A stretch of 64,000 nucleotides of DNA from an uncultured Clostridia bacterium (lineage in GTDB: Bacteria; Bacillota; Clostridia; Christensenellales; UBA1242). The stretch's first letter is position 1, and each line of letters starts with the position of its first letter. The position numbers and the translations under genes are program-made. Positions 46,694-56,408 of the stretch are shown here, piece after piece. The stretch is taken from assembly GCA_944362965.1 (NCBI GenBank), contig CALVTR010000001.1:90529-154528 (forward strand), given 5' to 3'. The notes beneath the pieces were generated by a model. It was given only the letters and a program-made list of their open reading frames with translations. It did no database searches and was not told the DNA's origin.

Positions 46694-47419
46694 TTACTCT
46701 TTCCCTTTGTTTTTCTTATCTTTAATTTTCTTTTCTAATTTGTCAGCAAGTATATAGATAATGTATAGGTCAATTAAGCAAACTGATATAAAAACAAACC
46801 AATCAATGATTGTTAGCGCTGACCAATCTATTAGGTCGCTGCCAAGAAAACAGGTCATAGCCACGCAGACAGTTCGGCAAAATACAACTATCAGTAGGAA
46901 CTCCCACCAACGCATCTTAGTTATGCCAGCAACCATGCAAAGTGCGTCATCTGGAAAGAATGGAAATAAGAACATAAGCGGCAAGTATATCTTAGATTTT
47001 ACTGCTACTAAGTCTTGAGCTTTCTTTAGACTTTCTTCCCCTACCATTCTAATAGCTATTTTTTCTCCGCCGAATCTACCGATTAAAAACATAGCCATAC
47101 TTGATAGAACAACGCCAACAGAAGATATGACAAAGCCCTGCCATGCTCCAAATAGGATGATTGAAACAATAATAAAGGTCATGCTTGTTGCTGGGACTAA
47201 GCATAGCAACGTTGTCACTAGAACCTGTAATAATATAAACACTACCCATCCCCAAGCGCCACAGTCTGCTATTAGCGTTCGAAGACCATCAACTGATGTT
47301 ATACCAAGACTATCAAGAGTAATCCATGCTATGCCAGAGATAAAAACAATGCATGCAATTAGAATAACCCATTTAACCCACGTTTTCAGTTTCATTAGTG
47401 TCCTCGTCTTCAATAACAA
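46694..47419 (-). CDS. TVP38/TMEM64 (DedA-related) family membrane protein
   Basis: Polytopic protein with a pattern like the SNARE-associated/TVP38 family (LLQVLVTTLLCLVPATSM...GRFGGEKI). Overlaps the upstream gene; an alternative start lies at 47395. Confidence 0.65.
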   Translation of the reverse strand: MLLKTRTLMKLKTWVKWVILIACIVFISGIAWITLDSLGITSVDGLRTLIADCGAWGWVVFILLQVLVTTLLCLVPATSMTFIIVSIILFGAWQGFVISSVGVVLSSMAMFLIGRFGGEKIAIRMVGEESLKKAQDLVAVKSKIYLPLMFLFPFFPDDALCMVAGITKMRWWEFLLIVVFCRTVCVAMTCFLGSDLIDWSALTIIDWFVFISVCLIDLYIIYILADKLEKKIKDKKNKGKE

Positions 47420-48401
47420 TCTTTGATATTCCTAAGTCCTTAAGCATTTTAGTGTAAATCGATTTTCGGCTCTCAAGAGCTTTGTAGTATTTGCCAAGTA
47501 TGATTTTATTTGACAAACCTATTCCTTTAATCATAAACACAATTAAAGTCACAAGATTGATAAGCAGGCTTAAAACAGTGTTCCAACCTAAAGAATTAAA
47601 CGTTGGAAAGATTAAGCAGCTAACAAACCCTGCTGAAATTAAGCCTGTAGCGACATACTTCATTACACTTGCAGTAAGTTCTCTTTTTTCGTCAAAGAAG
47701 GCAGATGCAGGCTTAGTTCTTGTTTCTTCCACGTCTGATAATAAATTCCCCCAATAGATAGGCTTATAGTGCAGCTTTATTGTGCGAAACTTATACTCGT
47801 CAGTATTTAGCTCTTCACTCAGCTTTGAGATTTCATTAGCGTCACCTTTGTTTACAATTAGACTAATGCGTTTTCTGTCCTTCTTGACGTAATCTAATTG
47901 TTTTAAGAGTTCTTGCTTTTTCTGGGTTGTTTTATCAAACTCTAATTTCTTCTTGTCGTAATTTTTGTCACTTTTTTGCGGATCAACGCAGTGCAGCTTT
48001 TCATATAAAGATTTTATTTTATCTTCATAAATATCAAGTTTAATTTGATAGTTATAGACTTCCTTAAGCCAATTTTCCGCATCTGCAACCTTGTCCAGTG
48101 CATAGATAGTTTTTCTTTGCCCGTCAATCTCGTCTTGTATATCAGTAATCTTCTTTTTCTTTAAATCTCTACCTTTCTGTATGAGATACATGCCAAACAA
48201 AACTGAAAGTTCTGATGCAAGCAATATCGAAAAGCTTGCCCAATATGAGGCAGTAAGTATCTTGCTAAAATCAAAGCCTACCGTAATAAACGACATAAAA
48301 CCGTTAGCAATAAGAACTAAGATTATTATGAGCGTTCCAGAAATGCCACGAAGTAAATCCTTTTTGTTAATACTACTTATCTTGTCTTTCAGATTGTTCA
48401 T
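47373..48401 (-). CDS. membrane protein with a long central coiled coil
   Basis: Two N-terminal and about three C-terminal hydrophobic helices around a K/E-rich heptad region. Confidence 0.55.
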   Translation of the reverse strand: MNNLKDKISSINKKDLLRGISGTLIIILVLIANGFMSFITVGFDFSKILTASYWASFSILLASELSVLFGMYLIQKGRDLKKKKITDIQDEIDGQRKTIYALDKVADAENWLKEVYNYQIKLDIYEDKIKSLYEKLHCVDPQKSDKNYDKKKLEFDKTTQKKQELLKQLDYVKKDRKRISLIVNKGDANEISKLSEELNTDEYKFRTIKLHYKPIYWGNLLSDVEETRTKPASAFFDEKRELTASVMKYVATGLISAGFVSCLIFPTFNSLGWNTVLSLLINLVTLIVFMIKGIGLSNKIILGKYYKALESRKSIYTKMLKDLGISKIVIEDEDTNETENVG

Positions 48402-48897
48402 TTACCTTAACCCCACTTTTAGTCTTAATCCACTGAGCGACTCCATTAAAACCTAAGCCAACGCACATTGAGATTGACACAACCATGAGAGTGCCACGAA
48501 GTGATACAACTTGTTTTTCAATCATAGCAACAATAAACCATGCAAGCACAAATGGAGCTACAAAGCATGCATTTCTAAACATCTCTTGTTTTGCTTCCCA
48601 TTTTTTCTTTTGTGTAACAAGTTCGGATTTTTGATTATTGTCCACGCACTCAATACATTGATTAGTTATATCGTTTATCTTCTTTTTTAGGTGTCGCCCA
48701 TAAAAGAACACGGCTATAACCACCATAAGAGCGACAACAAATATCGCACTGCAACTGACCTTGTCCCACACGCTTGTTTGCTCGCTTATGAGAGTATCAA
48801 TTAAAAATGCATAGAGTGCATAGCCACCTGGAACGATATAACAAAAAACTCTGTATAACCATGTAAACAGAGTTAGTTTCCAATTCTTTTCTTTCAT
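48373..48897 (-). CDS. four-TM membrane protein
   Basis: 174-aa ORF with four hydrophobic segments, overlapping both neighbouring genes. Confidence 0.55.
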   Translation of the reverse strand: MKEKNWKLTLFTWLYRVFCYIVPGGYALYAFLIDTLISEQTSVWDKVSCSAIFVVALMVVIAVFFYGRHLKKKINDITNQCIECVDNNQKSELVTQKKKWEAKQEMFRNACFVAPFVLAWFIVAMIEKQVVSLRGTLMVVSISMCVGLGFNGVAQWIKTKSGVKVNEQSERQDK

Positions 48898-48900
48898 TTT

Positions 48901-49515
48901 TTACTCCACTATAACTCGTCTTGCTTTCTTGACTTTTTTAGACTTTGTGGCTGGCTGTGTTTGTGTTTCTAACTCTTTTTGCTCTTCTGTTGTCACCTGT
49001 TCGGGCTCTTGCGTTTCTTCGCTTACAGGCTCAATTTCAGGCTCATTTTTGCCTTCTTCTAGTGTATTTTGAGCTTCTTCAATTTTTGAGTTTAAGTCGT
49101 CAAGCAATTCTTGTGCACTCTCGCCTTCTGTTATAAGTTTATCGTAGAGCGCAACCTTTATCTTTTGAGCTTTCTTTAAAAGTTTTTGTATGTAAATTTT
49201 TAATTCTTCTTTCGTTTTTTCGGTTTGTTCATTTAGCAGCGTTTGCAATGACAACTGAAATTCGCTTATTGCTGATGTAACTTGAGCTCTTAGTGTTTCA
49301 AACGAAATTTGCAGCGGTGTTCCATTCTTTTTGTTGATTCTGCCCTGAACACATACAAGTATGAGTTTAGCAATAAAAGTAAGTATTGCAATTATACCAC
49401 TTGTTCCGCCAAGCACGCCTAAAAGCTTGTCCCAATTTTGTGTTATAAAATCGCTAGCTTCTGTAACCCACTGTGCCTGTAATAGTAAACCTATCATAGT
49501 CCCTCCTCCTTCCAT
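48901..49515 (-). CDS. membrane-anchored coiled-coil/acidic protein
   Basis: One TM helix near the N-terminus, then a coiled coil and an E/Q/T-rich tail ending in a basic KKVKKARR. Confidence 0.55.
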   Translation of the reverse strand: MEGGGTMIGLLLQAQWVTEASDFITQNWDKLLGVLGGTSGIIAILTFIAKLILVCVQGRINKKNGTPLQISFETLRAQVTSAISEFQLSLQTLLNEQTEKTKEELKIYIQKLLKKAQKIKVALYDKLITEGESAQELLDDLNSKIEEAQNTLEEGKNEPEIEPVSEETQEPEQVTTEEQKELETQTQPATKSKKVKKARRVIVE

Positions 49516-49928
49516 AACTTAATAAAAAAGTCCAACTTGGTGCTGAGCTCTTCTACTTTACTTTTAAGTTCTTTTATTGTGTCCCCCTGTTCTTCAATGA
49601 TTGATTTTAAAGCGTCAACTTCGGGTATTGCTTTAATCTCGTTATCTGTGTCTTGAATAATAAGTCTGTCGCATGGTATACGTTTAACGAGCGTGCCTTG
49701 ATAGTATATTTCAACATTTGTTTCAAGCACTCCATCAATGAACACTTCACTTGGCAAGGCAAAAGTATAATTTGCTTTGATTTTCGCACTTTTGTTACCA
49801 TTTTTAAAGCACAGATACACGTCATATTTATTGTCAATGTTGCGAACAAGAGTTATTATTTCATTGCAGACTATCGTTTTCTGTGACCAAAATCCCCTAT
49901 TATTTTCTATTCTTAGTTCCATATTCAC
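49494..49928 (-). CDS. phage hypothetical protein
   Basis: 144-aa ORF translationally coupled to its neighbours, with a C-terminal coiled coil. Confidence 0.5.
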   Translation of the reverse strand: MNMELRIENNRGFWSQKTIVCNEIITLVRNIDNKYDVYLCFKNGNKSAKIKANYTFALPSEVFIDGVLETNVEIYYQGTLVKRIPCDRLIIQDTDNEIKAIPEVDALKSIIEEQGDTIKELKSKVEELSTKLDFFIKLWKEEGL

Positions 49929-50257
49929 TCCTTAACTGCTCTAGGTTCTTTACCTAAAAGCTCTCTTAATTCATTATGGAGCTCAACAAATTCGGCTTTT
50001 CGCTCTTCGATATCTGGCACGACTTCGCCTGCCATATCTTGAATAATATCTTGGTCAAGCTGAGTTAAACGTTCTTGAATTTCATATTTTCTTTTATTGC
50101 CCAATTCTTTTTGAGTTGGCTCAATTTTTTGAATTTGAAATCTTCTGCCTTGCTCGTCTGGCTCGAGTTCAACAATCGTAAGTCCGTTTTGATTACAATA
50201 ATTCGCTCTTGCTGAATATTCGCCGTCTAAATAAAAAATATCTCCTACATTATACAT
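49925..50257 (-). CDS. phage hypothetical protein
   Basis: The start is taken at MYNVGD after AAGGAG, directly downstream of the fibre gene stop. Confidence 0.5.
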   Translation of the reverse strand: MYNVGDIFYLDGEYSARANYCNQNGLTIVELEPDEQGRRFQIQKIEPTQKELGNKRKYEIQERLTQLDQDIIQDMAGEVVPDIEERKAEFVELHNELRELLGKEPRAVKE

Positions 50258-50268
50258 AATTTCTCCTT

Positions 50269-51255
50269 TTATTTGCCTATAGCAACCCAATAAACATCAA
50301 CAGTAGAACTTGCTGTTATTTTAAAACCTGTTAAATTTGGATTACTAATTGACAAATCATAATTCGAAGCCTTACTGAAAGAAACTGGGGACACAATTAT
50401 AGACGAAACACTTTCAGTATAAGGTGTTTCATAGTTCGCAGTATAATTAAGAGCCCCAATAACAATCCCCCAGTTAACAATAGTTTCTCCTATTTTTACT
50501 GAATTAGTTCCTTGTTGAATTAAATTTATGATTTTATTGTTTAAGTTATTGAACTGCGTTTGTGGGTCACTGTCAAAGTTTAAATTTTGTTGTAATTCTC
50601 CACCAACATTGACTGCGGTTTTAGTTTCAACAGCAGAATCTACTTCCGTCTGCGTCACATAACCTGCTCCATTCGTAAGCTGATTATTATTTGTTGGAAG
50701 CTGTGACGTAGTGGCATACCCTGCACCATTTGAAAGTTGTGAGTTATCTGTAGGTATGGTTGGCTTGCCTGTTAAGTCTTCATAAGAACCACTTGTTGCA
50801 ACTGAAGCAAGAGATGATACATCTGCTTTTAAATCTGCATCCCATGTAGTTTGTGGTTGTCCACCTACAATAACAGTCGTTCCACCTTCAGTTAGAGTTT
50901 GCGGTGTTAGGTTTCCGTCGTCACCAACAAGCATTACTTTGCCTGCATTTGCGATACCTTGATTTTTGTCTAGTTTGTCAGTTTCAAGATTGGTTATATC
51001 AGTCGTATTTGATTGAACGCCACTTTGCAATGTTGATACATTATCTTCCAGAGTTGACACATCAGTCTTGAGCTGTGCAATATCACTTGTGTTTTGTGCA
51101 ACCTGCTCTGTCATATTGTCCTCGACAACATAAGTTGTGTCCTTAGGTGAATATGTGTAAACTATGCTATTAACCGTTATAGTCCCGTTTTCTTTTAACT
51201 CGTCAAACTGCTCTTTTGTTAGTTTAACGACACCTTTATATAGATTGTTGCTCAT
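50269..51255 (-). CDS. phage tail fibre protein
   Basis: Coiled-coil N-terminal part plus two N-x-QL-x-NGAGY-x-T repeats typical of phage tail-fibre repeats. Confidence 0.7.
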   Translation of the reverse strand: MSNNLYKGVVKLTKEQFDELKENGTITVNSIVYTYSPKDTTYVVEDNMTEQVAQNTSDIAQLKTDVSTLEDNVSTLQSGVQSNTTDITNLETDKLDKNQGIANAGKVMLVGDDGNLTPQTLTEGGTTVIVGGQPQTTWDADLKADVSSLASVATSGSYEDLTGKPTIPTDNSQLSNGAGYATTSQLPTNNNQLTNGAGYVTQTEVDSAVETKTAVNVGGELQQNLNFDSDPQTQFNNLNNKIINLIQQGTNSVKIGETIVNWGIVIGALNYTANYETPYTESVSSIIVSPVSFSKASNYDLSISNPNLTGFKITASSTVDVYWVAIGK

Positions 51256-51433
51256 CTTCGTTTATCTCCTTAGGTAATTCTTCATCACTCTCAATATAAG
51301 TGTATTTATTAGGAATATCTATTGCTTCAACATACTTCTTGCCCGTTTCGTTTTGAATAATATACTTATTAGCGTCACTGTATGTCTTTATAAGTTGTCT
51401 GTCGTTTACAATTATTGTTTCTTGTTTAATCAT
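51236..51433 (-). CDS. small phage protein
   Basis: 65-aa ORF overlapping both neighbouring genes. Confidence 0.45.
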   Translation of the reverse strand: MIKQETIIVNDRQLIKTYSDANKYIIQNETGKKYVEAIDIPNKYTYIESDEELPKEINEDEQQSI

Positions 51434-53262
51434 TCGCTCACCTCACTTGCTTTTACCCATTCTACATTTGTTAATGATACCCAGTTCGTTGCAGTTGTCC
51501 ACTCATCGTATAGTGCGTCTGGAATTATTATTTGACAGTTTGTAGCATGTCCTAAATAACTCACATTCGACAAGGTTGGAATAGTTGTGCAATATCTAAA
51601 ATCATACTTAGTAATTGCATTGCAGCTGCTATATTGTGATGAGTTTATATTTGGCGCCTGTCCTAGATAAGTTACAGACAACAAACTACTACAGCTTTGA
51701 AAGCATTGCCCTCCAACGTTTTCTACGCTTGATGGAATAGTTATGCTTGTTAAACCACTACAACTCATAAATACTGCATTATCTATATCTTTTAAAGAAT
51801 TAGGCAATATAACAGATTGCAATTCACGACATTGATGAAACGCACCATAACCTAACTGTAATAAGCCATCTGGAAGTGACACAGTTTTTAGATAATAACA
51901 ATTTTCAAACGCATCAGATAATATTATTTTACAATCTTTGTGAACTACGCATGAAGAAATGTGAGTATTTACGCAAGATTTTAATACAAGATATGAATTA
52001 TTCTTGCTAGAAAGATACCCTGCGTTGTCATAAACTTTTACATTTAAACTATAGCAATAATCAAAAGCACTAGAACCTATATCTTTTAAATTATCAGGAA
52101 GAGTTATATTTTTAAGGTTATGACAGCCATTAAATGCACTTATGTTTATTGTTGTTAAATTGTCGCAATCGGATAAATCAACTGTATTTAGACTATAGCA
52201 ATTTTGAAAGGCATAATTACCAATTTCTGTTATCGGCAACGATAGTTCTATATCTTTTATCTTTTTACAACCATTGCAAAGGTCACTTTCTATTTCTGTT
52301 ATATTTGTTTTCTCTAAATTTAAAGAATTTAAGCTATTACATTGCGAAAAAGCATTTGTATCTAATTCTGATATGTTGTTAGATATGCTTATTGATTCTA
52401 AGTTACTACAATTACAAAACGCATCACTTTTTATTGAATTGACAGATTGTGGCAACACAATATTTTTTAAATTATAGCAACTATAAAAACTATACTGCCC
52501 AATTTCAGTAATAGAATTAGGAATAACACAAGCTTTAAGATTGTAACAATAATAAAACATTCTTTCAAGATTAGTATATGGTTGCGTTCTCTTTGGTATC
52601 GTTATTGTTTCTAACGAGACCGCATATTGACACATTCTTAATAATGATGTATGTTGTTCGAGTCCAAGCCTGATATTTTTGCAACAATATAGATTGTTAT
52701 AAGCAATATTTGTGAATAAACTATAAGCACCATTAGAAACACTAAAATAAAACTCAAATGAGCCTGTAGCACTGACTTCAATGGTATAATTACCTTTCTG
52801 CTGATAAGTATGGCTATAGATAGTTGAATTAGCTCCCGACCTAACAGCATAAGTATCTGTTGTTCCATCACCCCAAGACACACTTATTGAACAATTATTA
52901 TCTACCATACTTGTTACGTTTATATTGCGAAATTGAACATATAGTCCAGTGCTATCATTTAGTTCAATATCAAACTCATCATTTTCGCTTGTTGTGATGT
53001 ATGTCGCACCAATAGTTATGTCGCTATCTTCAACTATTATTTGTCCATCAACGATATCTACAGGGCTCGTCCACTCTTGAAATGTCAATCTATCATGTGC
53101 TGGTGGCTCTGTAGGCAGCGTAAACGTATCGCCCGTGTCAAGCCAATCTTCTTTTAAGATTGTTCCATCGTAGTCAATTACTTTAATCCAATACTTGCCA
53201 TTGTGCATTTTGTCAGTATTGACTACAACTCCAACTTCCTTTCCATCTATGTATACTGGCAT
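51430..53262 (-). CDS. phage tail/receptor-binding protein with a PKD-like domain and BspA-type LRRs
   Basis: VSWGDGTTD...HTYQQKGNYTIEV is a PKD-like signature. About 13 repeats of the L-x-x-I-x-(L/I)P-x-S(V/I)-x-x-I-x-x-x-AF-x-x-C type follow. Confidence 0.7.
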   Translation of the reverse strand: MPVYIDGKEVGVVVNTDKMHNGKYWIKVIDYDGTILKEDWLDTGDTFTLPTEPPAHDRLTFQEWTSPVDIVDGQIIVEDSDITIGATYITTSENDEFDIELNDSTGLYVQFRNINVTSMVDNNCSISVSWGDGTTDTYAVRSGANSTIYSHTYQQKGNYTIEVSATGSFEFYFSVSNGAYSLFTNIAYNNLYCCKNIRLGLEQHTSLLRMCQYAVSLETITIPKRTQPYTNLERMFYYCYNLKACVIPNSITEIGQYSFYSCYNLKNIVLPQSVNSIKSDAFCNCSNLESISISNNISELDTNAFSQCNSLNSLNLEKTNITEIESDLCNGCKKIKDIELSLPITEIGNYAFQNCYSLNTVDLSDCDNLTTINISAFNGCHNLKNITLPDNLKDIGSSAFDYCYSLNVKVYDNAGYLSSKNNSYLVLKSCVNTHISSCVVHKDCKIILSDAFENCYYLKTVSLPDGLLQLGYGAFHQCRELQSVILPNSLKDIDNAVFMSCSGLTSITIPSSVENVGGQCFQSCSSLLSVTYLGQAPNINSSQYSSCNAITKYDFRYCTTIPTLSNVSYLGHATNCQIIIPDALYDEWTTATNWVSLTNVEWVKASEVSE

Positions 53263-53263
53263 A

Positions 53264-54676
53264 TCAATTCTCCTCGTCTAAAATTATTATTCTTGGCAGC
53301 TCTGAAGCATTAGCTTTCAAAACAAGCTGAGCATCAACATAAGAAGTGTCGGCTTTCTCATCAATAGCAGAGTTAAACTCTTCCTTAGTGACATAGTCAC
53401 CAATGTTAATTCGAGTTGAGCCTATACACTCATACCTGCTCTCTTCTGCAAGCCAGATATATTCGTCATAATAATCTTCAACTACAGCTTCTTCATCTTC
53501 AGCGAGCGGTGTTGGCTGTGGAACAGGCACGAGATATATCTTTGTTGGGTCACCTTGAACTGGAAGTTCATCTACAACTACAAACTGAAAACCTGCAGCA
53601 GTTCCAAGCAGACTTTTTATTTCGTCTTTGGTGTAAGTTTGTGACTTGGTGTAATAGTTATTTGCCAAGTTATTTCTTGTGTCTTGGATTAAACTTGCAT
53701 TGCTATTCACCTGCACTGTCAAGTTGCTTATGTTGGTGGCATTAGCATCAATCCTGTTAGAGTTGCTTGAGATATCACTTGTATTTTTAGTAACTTGACT
53801 TGTAAGCTGAGAAATAAGATTTCTTATATCAGAATGAGCAGTTCCGCTTGTGTTATGGGCTGTTATTTTATCATCTGTATAGTCTAAGAAGGTATCGTTG
53901 ACAAGTGATACGTCGTAAAAATCACCTGCATCAGTGGTCGTAATATTGTTTATGGTTTGTTGAAGTATTGTTCGTGCATAAATCTTATTCTCCGTGAACA
54001 AATACTCATATTGCTTTATTGTGTTAGTGTCTATGTTTTCTGCAAACACAAATAAATTGCCTTGAACGTTAGATGCTCGATATTCTTCATGCTCCCAGTC
54101 AAAAAATTTAACTTGATGCGAATAGCCCATATAAATAGCAGGGGCTTCCTTAACACCATTTTCAGTATAAGGTATCAATACTTGCCCACTTTGAATATCA
54201 GAAACATTGTATTTCTTTACTGTATATTTCTCAATATCGTTTAAATGTTCTTCAAAATTTGTAAGCACGCTATCATCAACTATTCCCGGAACGAATTGAC
54301 TTCCTGGATAAACATTGACAGCAACACTTGCTTGTGATTTGATGGCTGAAACATTAGTAATAATGTCTCTTGTTTTAATAATAACATTGATAGTCATTTC
54401 TTCTATTGTAGTCAAATTGTAATCAAGCTCTTCCCCTGTTGACAACAACCTAAATCTGTTATCAAGTATTCGTTCGCAGATAAGTGGTGCAAGTTTTTGA
54501 TTATCTGGTCTTGTAAATGAGATATATACCAAGTCATTTGCTGATAGATTTTCAGTAAAATCAACATAATACTCAACACTTGCAACGCTGCCTGCATAAA
54601 TTTTGTTGCTGTTTTCTTGCAACGATAAAAAATTACCGCTCATATCGAACGACAATAAAACTTTATTGTTTTGCAT
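53264..54676 (-). CDS. phage tail fibre/baseplate-associated protein
   Basis: 470 aa with a central Asn/Ser-rich coiled coil (NTSDISSNSNRIDANATNISNLTVQVNSN). Called from its position in the tail module. Confidence 0.55.
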   Translation of the reverse strand: MQNNKVLLSFDMSGNFLSLQENSNKIYAGSVASVEYYVDFTENLSANDLVYISFTRPDNQKLAPLICERILDNRFRLLSTGEELDYNLTTIEEMTINVIIKTRDIITNVSAIKSQASVAVNVYPGSQFVPGIVDDSVLTNFEEHLNDIEKYTVKKYNVSDIQSGQVLIPYTENGVKEAPAIYMGYSHQVKFFDWEHEEYRASNVQGNLFVFAENIDTNTIKQYEYLFTENKIYARTILQQTINNITTTDAGDFYDVSLVNDTFLDYTDDKITAHNTSGTAHSDIRNLISQLTSQVTKNTSDISSNSNRIDANATNISNLTVQVNSNASLIQDTRNNLANNYYTKSQTYTKDEIKSLLGTAAGFQFVVVDELPVQGDPTKIYLVPVPQPTPLAEDEEAVVEDYYDEYIWLAEESRYECIGSTRINIGDYVTKEEFNSAIDEKADTSYVDAQLVLKANASELPRIIILDEEN

Positions 54677-54704
54677 ATTTTCTCCTTAAATTAAAAAAGC
54701 AAGA

Positions 54705-55190
54705 CTACTTGTCCTGCTTTGTTTCGTTATTTTTTAATCTCTGTTTTGCTTCATCATGTTTAAATACATTACTTGACAATCTTACAAGCAAATCATCTTC
54801 TTCTTTCGGAAATAGATATTCCGCTATTATTTTAGGAATTTTTATCAATGCTGTTATTATACTTGCAATTGCTGCTACTACGCTAGGAACGATTGTATAC
54901 CATTCACTAGCAAAGATAGGAACAATTATAGTAGTCGCTATTCCACCTAATATTACAACAACATACATAATCATTACTATCAAGAAAAATGGTTTTTTTA
55001 ACTTTCTTTTCTGCTCATGGTTTTTTATGCTTGATTCAGCTACATTTTTAAGGATTTCATTATGTAAATCGTTATCGGGATGTTCATTTGCTATCTCTTT
55101 AGATATAGATACATCTTTAACCTGCATTACATTATTAGAAATTAACTCTTGTAATTCTTTTATTTGGTCTTGTAAATTAGTAGGAGTCAT
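54705..55190 (-). CDS. two-TM membrane protein, translationally coupled to the ImmA-like gene
   Basis: ATGA overlap with 55187-55726. Central hydrophobic hairpin. Confidence 0.55.
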   Translation of the reverse strand: MTPTNLQDQIKELQELISNNVMQVKDVSISKEIANEHPDNDLHNEILKNVAESSIKNHEQKRKLKKPFFLIVMIMYVVVILGGIATTIIVPIFASEWYTIVPSVVAAIASIITALIKIPKIIAEYLFPKEEDDLLVRLSSNVFKHDEAKQRLKNNETKQDK

Positions 55191-55726
55191 CTCTGCCTCC
55201 TGCTATATTCATCAAACTTAATCTTTGCAGCTGAATATGAAACTTGGAATTTGTTAGATATAAATCTTGGTATATCTGAAAAAAGTAAATCAACGTTTTT
55301 AATATTCCTTAATTCATACTTTAAAAAATCAATTGGCATTAAAAGTTCACTAGCAAATTTATCGGCTTCTCTTTCTTTTTTATAATCATCAATAATTTGT
55401 TCTCTATGAACATAATAATATGGAATTGTATCTTCTTTTTCGTGTATTTCTAAAAAATAATGTCCAAGTTCATGTGCAATGGTAAATCTCTTTCTTAAGG
55501 GATTCTCGGATGTGTTTATAGCAATAATTTTATTGTATTTTTTCTCATTGTAAAGTAACCCATTTTTGCTATAAATTAAAAACCCTGATTCATCATCTTC
55601 CATTACTTTTTCAATTACCAAAAAACCATAATTTTCAGCAATTTCTACTATAGGAACAGGAGCTTTTACGACATTACATGCTTTTAGAATTTCTCTGACT
55701 AACTCTTCTATTTTTCTGTTTTCCAT
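55187..55726 (-). CDS. ImmA/IrrE-family zinc metallopeptidase
   Basis: HEXXH motif in FTIAHELGHYFL, plus a downstream E...READKFASELLMP typical of COG2856. Confidence 0.8.
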   Translation of the reverse strand: MENRKIEELVREILKACNVVKAPVPIVEIAENYGFLVIEKVMEDDESGFLIYSKNGLLYNEKKYNKIIAINTSENPLRKRFTIAHELGHYFLEIHEKEDTIPYYYVHREQIIDDYKKEREADKFASELLMPIDFLKYELRNIKNVDLLFSDIPRFISNKFQVSYSAAKIKFDEYSRRQR

Positions 55727-55743
55727 GCTCCCTCCTTTTTATT

Positions 55744-55773
55744 ATTATAGTATTTTATCATAAAATTTGTCAA
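55744..55773 (-). promoter_or_regulatory. internal sigmaA-type promoter in front of the ImmA-like gene
   Basis: Minus strand reads TTGACA (55768-55773), an 18-nt spacer, then TATAAT (55744-55749), followed by an AAAGGAGGGAG RBS. Confidence 0.55.
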
Positions 55774-55874
55774 GTACAAGATTTAATTTTATAAGAAATG
55801 GAATTTTGCCCAATATTTTTGCGATTTTTGCACTTTTTATGCAAATATTTAAAAAATAATATCAACTTTCCCCT

Positions 55875-56363
55875 TTATTTCTCCATTTTATCAATGTCTT
55901 GTGGAGTTGTATTCTCTTTAGACGATAGATGAAGTTTTGAAATAAATTCATTTTTATGATTTATTATATAAAATACATTAAACAAACAAATTGCTTCAGT
56001 AATAAGCATAATTAGAATAAAACAAATAAAAGGCAAGATGCTATAAATTAGTTCAAACTTCCAATCAATTGTATATTCGGGAAGAGGTGTATTATAATCA
56101 ACTGAAAGAACAAAGAGTACAATAAACATTATAATTGCAATAACAACATTCAATAACTCTAAAATATTATTATTCTTTAAAAATATATTAAGTATTAGAA
56201 AAATTACAGAAATACATAATATAGTTATAAATAATATATCTGTGTTTGCAATTTCCCCGAAATACAATGAATAACCATTAGTTACAATAACAGTGATTAA
56301 GATATCTATAAGAGCAACGACTGATATAATGCTAAACAGAATATAATTCAATTTATTTTTCAT
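55875..56363 (-). CDS. polytopic membrane protein
   Basis: 162 aa with about five hydrophobic helices; very AT-rich coding sequence. Confidence 0.55.
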   Translation of the reverse strand: MKNKLNYILFSIISVVALIDILITVIVTNGYSLYFGEIANTDILFITILCISVIFLILNIFLKNNNILELLNVVIAIIMFIVLFVLSVDYNTPLPEYTIDWKFELIYSILPFICFILIMLITEAICLFNVFYIINHKNEFISKLHLSSKENTTPQDIDKMEK

Positions 56364-56408
56364 AAACTAATGATAATATATTGGCAATATTTTGTCAACG
56401 GAAAATTT

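Noticed and set aside
54580-55221. A 213-aa plus-strand ORF.
   Set aside because: It is antisense to the membrane-protein gene and to the ends of two other minus-strand genes. Its hydrophobic low-complexity translation is typical of the reverse strand of AT-rich membrane genes.
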